From an uncultured Gammaproteobacteria bacterium (lineage in GTDB: Bacteria; Pseudomonadota; Gammaproteobacteria; CAWCPV01), in the NCBI GenBank assembly GCA_963797555.1, contig CAWCPV010000007.1, forward strand, positions 64,001 through 128,000: a DNA stretch of 64,000 nt. The letters run 5' to 3'. Every line of letters begins with the position of its first letter. Position 1 is the first letter of the stretch. The notes beneath the pieces were generated by a model. It searched no databases, had not been told where the DNA came from, and worked only from the letters and a program-made list of their open reading frames with translations. The position numbers were made by a program, and so were the translations under genes. This document shows, piece by piece, positions 34,406-43,979 of the stretch.

Positions 34406-34427
34406 GTGCGAATGAATTCGCACCTAT
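34406..34427 (-). repeat. REP element (GTAG degraded to ATAG)
   Basis: ATAG GTGCGAAT TC ATTCGCAC, perfect stem, just upstream of the RAYT start. Confidence 0.8.
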
Positions 34428-34689
34428 CCCACAATTGTAGGATCAGCTCAACGGACGGGATGAGGGGGGCGGCCCTCTTTCCGGGGCTGTGAGGCGCGGG
34501 AAGACCGAGGACATCGTCGTGCTCATGCCCGGACCTTCTTGCGATAGTCGACACATGATAAGTACTACCCTTCCTTTTGCCCCAGTGACATTGACCCGCG
34601 CGGCTCCCCGTTTTCGGGCAGAGGAGGAACTGCGAGATGAAGACCCGGCGCGCTGCGCTCGTCGTGCTTGCGTCTGTACCGGCGCGTGC

Positions 34690-35254
34690 TCAGTCCGCCC
34701 ACAGGCCGGCCATCTCCAGGGCGATCGCGTCGAAGGGCTCGATGCGGACCGCGTCGTCGCCACCCCACGCGCCGAGCAGGAGCCAGCGGCCTTCGCGGTT
34801 AGTGTAGGCTTCCAGCAGGCGGGAATCCGGGTCGATGAACCAGCAGTGCTGGATGCCAGCGGCGGCGTAGCGCGGAAGCTTGAGCACCCGGTCGGTGCGG
34901 GCCGTAGCGGGCGAAAGAACCTCGCAGACCCAGTCGGGTGCAAGCTCGAACCACGCCGTCTCGGGCAGCTTCGGCATCCGCTCGCGCCGCCAGCCGGCGA
35001 GGGCGGGCACCAGGATCTCTTCGCCGAGATGCAGTCTCGGGCTCGTCGAGGATCCACCAGCCGCCGGGGCCGCCGCCCTCGCCCTGATCGAACGGGCCGC
35101 CGACTTTGATTCCGAGCGAGGAGGTGGCCCGCGCATGCCGCGGGGCGGGGCGGGGGTGCGTGTGGACCTCGCCCGCGATGATCTCACCGACCACGTTGTC
35201 CGACAGATCGAAGAGGTCCTCGTAGCGTGCGCGGCGTTCTGCGGGCTCGGCCAT
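34690..35254 (-). CDS. Uma2-family endonuclease copy 2, frameshift near 35035
   Basis: Highly similar at DNA level to 32391..32953; same C-terminus EMAGLWAD. Confidence 0.88.
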
Positions 35255-35406
35255 GGGTCGTGGGTTCCGGACACTGTGCCTCGCTGCATTATAGCGAACG
35301 CTATGGCGTCCGCCCGCTTCGGAGGAATTGCAGGACACGTCCCTCTCTCAGGTTCGGTGACGGTGGACTCCGGCCGCCAGCGGGCACGGCTCACGCGATG
35401 TCTGCG

Positions 35407-35470
35407 CTAGAACAAAAGCCGCGTGAGCGTAGCCACTCCACCGGGCAGCAAGCGCAACATTCACTTGATG
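35407..35470 (-). pseudogene. DUF1640 C-terminal remnant
   Basis: IK*MLRLLPGGVATLTRLLF* aligns with IKWMLGLLLGGVAALVLKTFF* of 36725..36970. Confidence 0.7.
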
Positions 35471-35653
35471 CGCGAAAGTTGAATAGCTTCATCACCGCCG
35501 CCAGCTGGCTCCTTCCCCGCCCAGAAGTTCGAGGCTTCGCCCGGCGTGATATGGATGATTGGCCAAGCCGTCGAATTCGTCGCCTCTGACTCCGGAACGA
35601 TTGGGCATTGTGTTCCCCCCTGCCTTGCTACCATGCTGCATGTCCGACACTTG

Positions 35654-36025
35654 TTAGTTGCTGCGTCCTTCCTGGTCAGCATCAGCGCGAATGGCAGTGA
35701 CCTGCGCGACCAATCCGGGCAAGGCCGTCTGCACCGTCTCCCATACCACGTCAAGGTTAATGTCGAAGTAGCCATGGGCGATGCGATTGCGCATGCCGCG
35801 CATGTTGCGCCAGGGCACTTCCGGGTGGTGCTCGCCGAACTCCGCAAACCGATCCATTAGTCCGGTCGCGGCCTCGCCGATGATGACGAGACTCATGACG
35901 ACCGCTTGCTGGGTGCGCTTGTCGGCAAGGAATTCGTCCTTGCTCATGCCTTCAACGAACCTGCATGCGTCGGACGCCGCTTGCACGACGTGATCGAGGT
36001 AATCGGAAAGGCGCTTCTCGCTCAT
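35654..36025 (-). CDS. HEPN/DUF86 toxin (HepT-like)
   Basis: IIGEAA, PEVPWRNMRGMRNRIAHGYFDIN (RxxxxH). Confidence 0.92.
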   Translation of the reverse strand: MSEKRLSDYLDHVVQAASDACRFVEGMSKDEFLADKRTQQAVVMSLVIIGEAATGLMDRFAEFGEHHPEVPWRNMRGMRNRIAHGYFDINLDVVWETVQTALPGLVAQVTAIRADADQEGRSN

Positions 36026-36312
36026 ACCGGCGCCGCCTCGGCAAGCACTCTCTCCCGGAGCTTTGGCGGCAGGTCGCCTGGGGTCAGCAGATCGACGCTC
36101 GCACCCAACAGTTCTTCGAGTTCGACTTGCAGGCCGCCGAGATCGAAGAGCGTTGCCCCGGGCAGCGCATCCACCAGCAAATCGAGATCGCTGCCGTCGT
36201 GATCGGTGCCGTGCAGCACCGAACCAAAGACACGAGGGTTGGCGGCATGGAAGCGGCTTACCGCTTCGCGCACGGCAGCTCGTTGCAGATCGAGGGCGGT
36301 GGACGGCTTCAT
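36022..36312 (-). CDS. Minimal nucleotidyltransferase antitoxin (MntA-like)
   Basis: VFGSVLHGTDHDGSDLDLLV; ATGA overlap with HEPN gene. Confidence 0.92.
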   Translation of the reverse strand: MKPSTALDLQRAAVREAVSRFHAANPRVFGSVLHGTDHDGSDLDLLVDALPGATLFDLGGLQVELEELLGASVDLLTPGDLPPKLRERVLAEAAPV

Positions 36313-36526
36313 GGACAAAATCAGATTGATGCGGTAACGCAATTATGCGGAGGAGGCCACTGCAAAGTCCATCTTCGTCGGGCGGAGGAGGGCAGGACGA
36401 ATACCTCGTGACCTCGGTAGATCTCGGTCAGCCCGCGTCGGGCGGAAGGCCGCGAGGGCGATCCGGAGGGGCTCTCACTGCGACCTGCTTGCGATGGGCG
36501 AGGCCGTTTGGGAGCGGGGCGGACCA

Positions 36527-36562
36527 TTCGTAGCGGGCGCGGCGTTCTGCGAGTTCAGCCAT
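36527..36562 (-). pseudogene. Uma2 copy 3, only first 12 codons
   Basis: MAELAERRARYE versus MAEPAERRARYE of copy 2, behind the same upstream module. Confidence 0.75.
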
Positions 36563-36724
36563 GGGCCGTGTTCTCGATAGACTGCGGTTTGTCGGATTGT
36601 ACCGGATGCCGTAGCCTGGCCCGCTTTCCAAGATGACGGGAACACAGCCTTTTCTCAAATGCGGCCCGGAGGCATGCCGGCCGCCGCCAGGCATGGTTCA
36701 ACTCGGTTCAACCCCCTGTCCGCG

Positions 36725-36970
36725 CTAGAAGAACGTCTTGAGCACGAGCGCGGCGACTCCCCCGAGCAGCAATCCCAACATCCATTTGATGAGCAGAATG
36801 TCCGCCTTGATGGGCGCGAGCTCGATCTGGAGGTCTTTACGGGTCACTAAATCGGATTCACCTTGGGCTTCGCGGAAGGCGTCGGCGATGGCCTCTGCCT
36901 GAGCTTCGGGCAGCCCCGCATCCTTGAGCCGGCGGATGAACCTGTGTGTATCGAAGGTGGTGGCGGCCAT
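36725..36970 (-). CDS. Short DUF1640/CCDC90-family protein
   Basis: FDTHRFIRRLKDAGLPEAQAEAI..LVTRKDL..LLIKWMLG. Confidence 0.88.
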   Translation of the reverse strand: MAATTFDTHRFIRRLKDAGLPEAQAEAIADAFREAQGESDLVTRKDLQIELAPIKADILLIKWMLGLLLGGVAALVLKTFF

Positions 36971-37089
36971 GGCAGCTCGCTTCTATGCGCGAAGTATACC
37001 ACCCCCGCGCCACGTTCCGGGTGGCGGGTCTGCACGCCTGGAGGAGAACCGGGGGTGAGCAGGCGCAGCAGCCCTCCTGCCGCCAGGAT

Positions 37090-37695
37090 CTACGGAACCG
37101 CTTCGCCGCGCGGCAATTCCGGCCTGTAGGATTGCGGCCATTTCACTTGGCGATAAAGTTCTGACATGGACAGCCGGAGGCCGAGCCGGGGCAGTGCGAT
37201 CTCGGCCTCTAACCCGGCTGCCTCGGTAAGCTTCCACCCGCCCTCCGGCAGGCGCTCGAAGATCTCGCCGTGGGGGCGCTCTTGGTCCAACAAGAGGTAG
37301 TACTCCGGAGACTCGATGGCCCGATAGTGTTCGAACTTGAGGCCCCGGTCGTAGGAGGCGGTGGCAGGGGAGAGGACTTCCACGATCAGGCTGGGGGCTT
37401 CCACATAACGCTCATGGCGCCGTCCCGTCTCGCACAGGAGCATGAGATCCGGATAACAGAAGTGGTCGTGGGAGGCGACGTACAGCTTCATGTCGGCCCC
37501 ATAGACCCGGCAGGGCCACTCCCGCGTGGCGTTGACCAGGGCGGCTCCCGTGTTCATGGAAATCAGAGCATGGCGCTCCGATCCTCCGGCCATCGCGAAG
37601 ACTTCGCCGGCCAAGTACTCGTAGCGGCGATCTTGTTCCTGCTCCAGACGGAAATAGTCCTCGTGAGTGAGGTGCGTCTGGGGGGCGCGCTGCAT
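37090..37695 (-). CDS. Uma2-family endonuclease (intact)
   Basis: EYLAGEVFAMAGGSERH, YPDLM, IVEVLSPAT..YDRGLKF..Y. Confidence 0.92.
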   Translation of the reverse strand: MQRAPQTHLTHEDYFRLEQEQDRRYEYLAGEVFAMAGGSERHALISMNTGAALVNATREWPCRVYGADMKLYVASHDHFCYPDLMLLCETGRRHERYVEAPSLIVEVLSPATASYDRGLKFEHYRAIESPEYYLLLDQERPHGEIFERLPEGGWKLTEAAGLEAEIALPRLGLRLSMSELYRQVKWPQSYRPELPRGEAVP

Positions 37696-38109
37696 AATTA
37701 CCACTCCGCCCCTAGCCCGCCATGGTGATATTCGCCACCAGGGATTGTGAAAACCCGTGCGGCATGAACAGCGCCATCACCTCCTCCCTCTCGCGGCTCC
37801 TTTCCCGACCATGCAAGCCCTGTCGAGTCGAGGCAGGTAGCGTCCGCGACGTTCGCCGCTCGGTGCACCGGTCAGCGCCGCAACGAAGCCCGATAGACAC
37901 GACTCGCAGAGAAATGGCATTCTAGCACGGGTGCGGTTTAGAGACCAGGAGGGACCCGGGAAGGCGGTAGGCTTTTTCCTCGCTCGCCCCGCGAGGCGGG
38001 GACGGCTTCTCGGCGGGGGCGCCTGTACGCCATGCAGTGGCCCTGACGCCGCGGAAAGAACAAGCTCGGGAGAACGGATGCCGTAGCTCGCCCACGGCGG
38101 AGAGGAGCG

Positions 38110-38215
38110 AATCGGCGGCGAGTCGCTGACTCAGGTCATACACGAAACGGGGCTCACGATCGCCTTCCCAGCGGGGGAAAGTGGAAGTCGATACCAGAAG
38201 CGCAGGCTTTTGCAC
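38110..38215 (-). pseudogene. GT4 glycosyltransferase N-terminal remnant
   Basis: LLVSTSTFPRWEGDREPRFVYDLSQRLA directly after the GT2 stop, then lost. Confidence 0.65.
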
Positions 38216-38225
38216 ATTTATCGAG

Positions 38226-39095
38226 TCACTCGTGCTCGGTATGCGAATACAACAGGTTGGTGATCTGTTCCGAGACGAGTCCAATCAAGAAAATAAGGAT
38301 GGAAGACATGATGAGCAGCGCACTCATATTGGTGAACCGACCATGACTGACATAGGTGTAGACATAGTTTAGAAGTCCGAGCGCGAACTGGAGACCGCTG
38401 ACCGGCAGAAATATCTTGAGAGGGGAATAGAGAGTCCCGACGCGGAAGATGATCACGAGGAAGCGGACCCCGTCGTGCACGGGCCGGATATGGCTGCGGC
38501 TGTTGGCCGTCCGGCGGGCTGCGTGGATGGGTACGTAGGCTATTGGCAAGCCGGCGCGGAAGAAGGCCATGGTGATGGTGGTGGGGTAGGAGAACCCGTT
38601 GGGCAGCAGGTAGAGGAATTCCCGGAACCGATGGGCACGGACCGCGCGGAAGCCGGACGTCAGGTCCTCGACCCGATGTCCTACCATCCAGCTCGCCAGG
38701 CGGTTGTAGCACGCGTTGGCCAAGTTGCGCAGCGCGGAACTCTGCGAGCCGGAATCTCGGGCCCCGACGGCCATATCGTAGCCCATGTCAAGGGCGACGA
38801 GCAGGCCGGGGATGTCTGCGGGGTCGTGCTGGCCGTCGGCATCCATGAACACCAGCGTGCCGCCGTTCGCAGCGCGGGCGCCGGTCTTGACCGCTCCTCC
38901 ATTGCCGACGCCGTAGGGGTGTTGGATAAGGGTGACCCGATGGGCGGAGCATACCTGGGCCGTGTCGTCCTTCGACCCGTCGTCCACGACGATGATTTCG
39001 GCATCCGGGTACCGTTGAACCAGGTCGGGAAGCAGGCTCTTGAGGCTATTCGCCTCGTCTCGGGCCGGCAGGATGATGCTCAGAGGGGGATTCAT
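38226..39095 (-). CDS. GT2 glycosyltransferase (polyprenol-phosphate sugar synthase-like)
   Basis: VVDDGSKD, MDADGQHDP, DLTSGFRA, two C-terminal TM helices. Confidence 0.92.
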   Translation of the reverse strand: MNPPLSIILPARDEANSLKSLLPDLVQRYPDAEIIVVDDGSKDDTAQVCSAHRVTLIQHPYGVGNGGAVKTGARAANGGTLVFMDADGQHDPADIPGLLVALDMGYDMAVGARDSGSQSSALRNLANACYNRLASWMVGHRVEDLTSGFRAVRAHRFREFLYLLPNGFSYPTTITMAFFRAGLPIAYVPIHAARRTANSRSHIRPVHDGVRFLVIIFRVGTLYSPLKIFLPVSGLQFALGLLNYVYTYVSHGRFTNMSALLIMSSILIFLIGLVSEQITNLLYSHTEHE

Positions 39096-39329
39096 AGGGT
39101 GGTCTTGGCCGTTCTGTTCTTGATTTCGGGAGACCGCCGAGATTCCAGCTCAGGCCGCGCTCATCCCGCCGAGCGCCGACCAGGCTTGAGGGGCTGCTCG
39201 ATCGCGGCGACATGCGGCGTGACGCCGGCTCGCGGCCCGCAGGGAGAAAATGGACTTCTCGCGGAACCCCTTTGAGTTCTCCGATTCTATCAGACGCTGT
39301 TCTGGGCTTCGGAGATGGACCTCCTGTAG

Positions 39330-39471
39330 GCCATCCCCTTACACACAAATCAGCACCCTGCCGTCGTTCCGGCATGGATTGCCGGAATCCAGAGGCCAGG
39401 GACGGCAATCCGATCACATCCCTGTGTCCTGGATTCCGCCATTCCCTGGCGGAATGACGAGATATGTGTAA
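39330..39471. repeat. Palindromic miniature repeat (double-hairpin, GTCATTCC...GGAATGAC type)
   Basis: CGTCGTTCCGGC-ATGGATT-GCCGGAATCCAG ... CTGGATTCCGCCA-TTCCC-TGGCGGAATGACG, with outer TTACAC/GTGTAA inverted ends. Confidence 0.75.
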
Positions 39472-39740
39472 TCCCATGCCTTTCGGGCCCGCCCAAGCCG
39501 ACGTGCCAGGGCCGCCACGCTGCGGGCACCCGGATCGATCGCGTCGATGTCGAATCTCCCCATCTCTCCGGGCGCCCGGGCAGCGGGCTGTCCTGATGAT
39601 CGCTGGTGGATGGTAGCAATCGCCTCGCCCGGTCGTCCACCCCGGCGCTTCGCCGAGCGCGTCGAGCGGTATGGGTCCTCGCTAAGGGGCTTTTCAGATC
39701 ACCGTGCCTAGAGCCGTGCCCGGATCCGGTCACGGGAGTC

Positions 39741-41417
39741 TTATTTGTCACTCACCCCGGCGCTGAGCCGCCGCTCCTCCCTGCGGCGGCTCCTTCCACT
39801 CCAGCAGCGCGGCGGCGATGCCTCGACGTTTCCCATCGGTCTGGTAAGACACGAAGAGCGGTTTGACGGCGTCCTTGACCCGGTCGTAGGGATAGAGCGG
39901 ACGGATAGGTGATGCCTACGGTCGTAGCCGATGTTACGAACAGATAGCGGCAGCGTCTGGCGCGCTCCAGGAACTGGCCCTCGTGGTGTGTTCGGAATCG
40001 GCGTGTAGTACGTGAGCCGCCGGGAGAAAATCATCACCAGGTCGGCGTGCGAAGCGTACACGCAATCTGCGGGGCCCACATAGTCGGGAATCGTTTTGGC
40101 AGCGACGATCACTCGGTGCATCGAACTCGGTGTTACGACGGGCTAGTCGGTCCGATACCGCGCCGAGCCAGACCTCGGTCCGCCTGTAGGGTGAGAGGTC
40201 TGCATCGAGGGGCTGAAGAAATCTTCGCGCCAGAAGCGCGTCGGTAGGAGACGAGACGAGCAGGGCGGCGACGCAGCAAGCATGCGGCATCAGTCTGAGT
40301 GCGGTGTGCCTGCTGCGTTCGACGAGCGTCTGCGACGCCAGCACTGCATAAAGCAGCAGGATGGGCAGAACGACGTAAAGGAACCGGGGAACATGGGCGG
40401 GAAACGGCCAGAACAGGACGATGAGCAGATAGAAGATCACATAAAACGCGTCGAGCCGGCGCCGCCGAAGACGCTGCACCAGTCCCGCCGCTGCCAGAAG
40501 CAGCAGTGCGCTGCAGACGGGAATGGCGCCCCGATAGGTCCAGAAGGTATCGAACGAGGTGATCCAGCTCCTCCACAGCACGACGGCTTGCACCTTGAAA
40601 GTCTTCGCCAAGCCGGCCATCTTGGCTTCGCGCAGAAAGTCGGCGTACATAGCCAGGTACGGCATAGCCCCCGCATGCAGCGACTTGTAGAGGCCCCACA
40701 GGGCTACGGGCAGCGCGCTCACCACGGCGAGGGGTGCCTTCCGCCGCATCCCGCCTCGATGATGGAAGTGGAGGTACAGCAGAAAGGCCGGGATCAGCGC
40801 GACTCCTACGGTTCGCGTCAGCGTCGCGAGGCCCACCAGGGCGGCCGTTGCGTACCACCAGGCTTCCCGGCGCAGCGCTGCCTTGGCGGTCAGGAATGCC
40901 GCCAGCGTCAGGAGCAGGTAGAGGTTCTCGCTGAGCACCCGGAGCGACTGAAAGATTGTGGCGGGGAGGGCGGCGAATGCGACCACGGTGAGCAGGGCGA
41001 GGGCCCGGCTGCCGGTCTCTTGCCTGGCCCAGGCGAAGAAAGCCGCGAGGGAGGCCAGCAAGAAGACGGTGGTGATCAGGTGGGCGAGGGCGATGCGATG
41101 GCTTCCCGCCCCGAGCAACGCCAGGGCCAGCGGGTACAAGGGTGGGAACTGGGCCGTCGAAAAGACCCGCTCGGCGAGGTTGGGTTCGTGGCCGCCGGCC
41201 GCTGCCTCATAGGGGGACAGGTAATCCGCCATGAAGAGGTAACGGACCGAGTCAGACGTGAAGCCCGTGACCGGGATGGGGTAGGTGAGATAGACATAGA
41301 ACGCGCAAAGGGACAGGAAAACGAGCGCTATCGGGAGCGCCCCGGGAATGCCGCGGCCCCTCGAACGGGGCTGGACTGGGCTTCGATCGCGTCGACCAGC
41401 TCACTTTCGGTCGCCAT
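39741..41417 (-). CDS. GT-C paralog C (same family as 18304..19866), frameshifted near both ends
   Basis: DSVRYLFMADYLSPY, FPPLYPLALAL, LSENLY, LTRTVG; tail DCVY...RYLF...YPYDRVK. Confidence 0.72.
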
Positions 41418-43369
41418 CGCCTGCACCGCCGCTGACGCTTGGGGGCGTCCGCAAGGGCCCGGTCGTAGAAGCCTATCATCCGGCTGAGGTCCAGCCTCTT
41501 TCCATTGTCATGCGCTTTCAAGCGGGCGAGGGTACGGCGCGCGTCTGCGGTTTTGCCGAGACGCAGCTCGTACTGGAGCTCGAGCAGCCCTGCTTCGAGC
41601 CGCTCGGGCTGCAGGCTCTGCGCCGCGCTCCGCGTAGCGGATGGCGGTCTGCGGTCTGCCCAGGTAGCTCAAGATCTGCGCCATGTAGATTCGGGTCCAC
41701 CAAGTGGCTTCAGGAGTGCGGGACGAGTCATGTCGCGAGTACCAGGCGTCCATGGCCTGCGTCAACTTCTCCGCGTCCAACTGCGGACAACGTTTCTGGT
41801 GAACGAGGTCTCTCAGAATCTCGAGCGCCAGCTCGGTATAGCCTCGGCTGGATATCTCCAGGTCGGATGCCACCTGATCGTAGTCGGACGCGACGATCGG
41901 GCTCTTCGCGATGCACAGGACGACGATTCGCCGAAGCGGGAGCGCCGCAGCCGCAGGGGCGCGCAAGTCTGGCCGCTTTCTGCAGGTGGTCGGAGCGCCT
42001 CCTGAGCGTTCCGCGCATTGGCGAAATACACGGCGAGGTCCGCCTGCAGGCGCGAGGAGTCGGGGTGGGCTCGCTGCGCAGAGAGGACGATGCCCTGCGA
42101 CGAGGTCCATGTCTGGACGCGCTGGTAGGTTGCAAAGGCGTAGAAGGCGGGCAGCGCGGCGGCGAACAGCAGCAGGGGGCGCCGCAACTGCGGCTGCGAG
42201 CGTATCAGGATAGACAGCAGAGCCGCCAGCCCGAAGAACAGGCCGAACCCAGGCAAATAGTTGCGGTGCTCGAAGTAGATCTCGAGTGGGATGAAGGTCG
42301 ATTCCAGCGATTGGGCGAGCAGGAAGAACAGCACCCCGAAGAACACCGGCGATAGCGACGACCTCCGAAACAGGTAAGCCGAGCAGAGAATTGCGAGCCA
42401 GCCGGCCGCCGCCAGGAGCGTCGACGGAGGCGATAGCAGGCCCGTGGACTTGCGATAGTCGTCGTGATAGAGACCGAGCGTCGTGCTGTCGGGAACAATC
42501 AGTGCGCGCACGTAGGAAAAGAGCACGCGGCCCTCGGTCAGCAGCCTCTCCTCGAGCGTAAAATCCCGGCTGGCGTATCCGCCGAGGAGGAGGGCAGGAT
42601 GCAGCGTCAGCTTCACCAGGAGCACGCCCGCCGGTATCCCCAGCAAGACTACGAACAGCCCAGCCAGAATGCGCCTTGCTGCCGGCCGCGGCGTCCTGAA
42701 TCCGAAGAAATAGATTTCGACCAGCAGCAGCAGCGGCAGCAGCAACGCCCCGTTTTCCTTGCTGAGCGTCGCCAGGGGCCACCACAGCAGGACGGACGAC
42801 CCGATGAGGACACCGCCGAGCACCGGTCTGGACGCGAGGTTCTGACGTCCGACGGTGTAGGCGAGAAGCCCTGCAAAGACGAACAACGCCGCCAGCTCGG
42901 CCATCCGCTGGACGACGTACAGAACGGTGCTCACCTGAATCGGCGCGAGCAGCCACACCGCCGCGATCCAGAGGGCGAGAGTCCATCGGCGCGGCGCCAG
43001 CTCGGGGCGCTCCAGCAGGAGTCTGCCGGCAAGCCAGAACAGGACCGCACCGGCCAGGAGATGGATCAGCAGGTTCGTGTACTTGTAGGCCCAGACCTCT
43101 CCCGCCTCCAGCAACTGGTTGCCGATGAAGGTCAGCATGGCGACGGGCCGCCCAAGGGGCCGGAGGGGTTGGTCGCGAGCACGTCCTGCCAGGTCGTGAG
43201 GCCCGCGGACAGCTCCCCGAGCGGACGCAGGTTCTCGATGTCGTCGAGGAGGAGGTCGCCGCTCAGGCCCGGCCAATACAAGACCGCCGTCGGTGCCGAG
43301 CACCCCGTAGAGGCCGAGGACGACGGCCCACTGCGGTGCGGCGCTGGAACGGGTCCGAAAAGTGAGCAC
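41401..43369 (-). CDS. TfpW/TMTC-like pilin glycosyltransferase, frameshifted (ends approximate)
   Basis: YWPGLSGDLLLDD..NL, GPLGRPVAM, PIQVSTVLYVVQRM, SKENG, FEHRNYLP; first gene after pilA. Confidence 0.8.
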
Positions 43370-43373
43370 CGAG

Positions 43374-43403
43374 AAATGAAGAACCCCGGCAGGGCCGGGG
43401 TTC
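43374..43403 (-). terminator. Hairpin terminator/attenuator between pilA and the glycosyltransferase
   Basis: GAACCCCGGC-CCT-GCCGGGGTTC then TTCATTTC. Confidence 0.75.
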
Positions 43404-43427
43404 GGATGCTAGACTGCTGGGTCGACT

Positions 43428-43853
43428 CTAACGGCAGTTGGCCGGACGATACTTCGCCGCGAGGCTCGCCCGTGCAAACCCAGTCGACCGCGCGGTTGTT
43501 CAACATGGTGGGCGCGAGCACTAGCGTGCTGCCGCACACCTTCGGGTCCAGGCTGGGGCTGAAAGTGACCAAAATCGTGCCGCTCGTCCCCACCGCGATG
43601 CCGGTCACATACTTGCTGTTGATCGTGTTGGGACATCCCAGCCTGTAGCGTTGGACGTCGGCCAAGCGCCATTGGTGACGCGATACTCGGCGACCGAGGT
43701 CTTGGCCGCCGACGCCAGGTTCAGGCCTTCAGAGACCTTGGCGCGGATGGTGTAGTCCTGGTAGGCAGGAATGGCGATGGCCGCCAGGATGCCGATGATG
43801 GCGACGACGATCATCAGCTCGATGAGTGTGAAGCCTTGCTGTACGCGTTTCAT
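43428..43853 (-). CDS. pilA: Type IVa major pilin, frameshifted near 43640 and 43465
   Basis: QQG|[27 protein letters not shown]; SKYV; DWVC...[10 protein letters not shown] disulfide loop. Confidence 0.92.
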
Positions 43854-43979
43854 TTCGAGTTCTCCGCTGTGCGGGATGGACGTGTTGCCGAACCCCGCGA
43901 TGCCGTTGACTGCAGGCGACCCCTTTGACGTGCGAGCCTGCGCTGCGCTCGGAAGGGTGACGCTTCCGCTAGGGACTTA

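Noticed and set aside
35600-36345. MNT-HEPN pair as a second integron cassette (GTTACCG upstream, AACTAAC at the stop)
   Set aside because: The two core sites are not complementary and no attC right arm was found.
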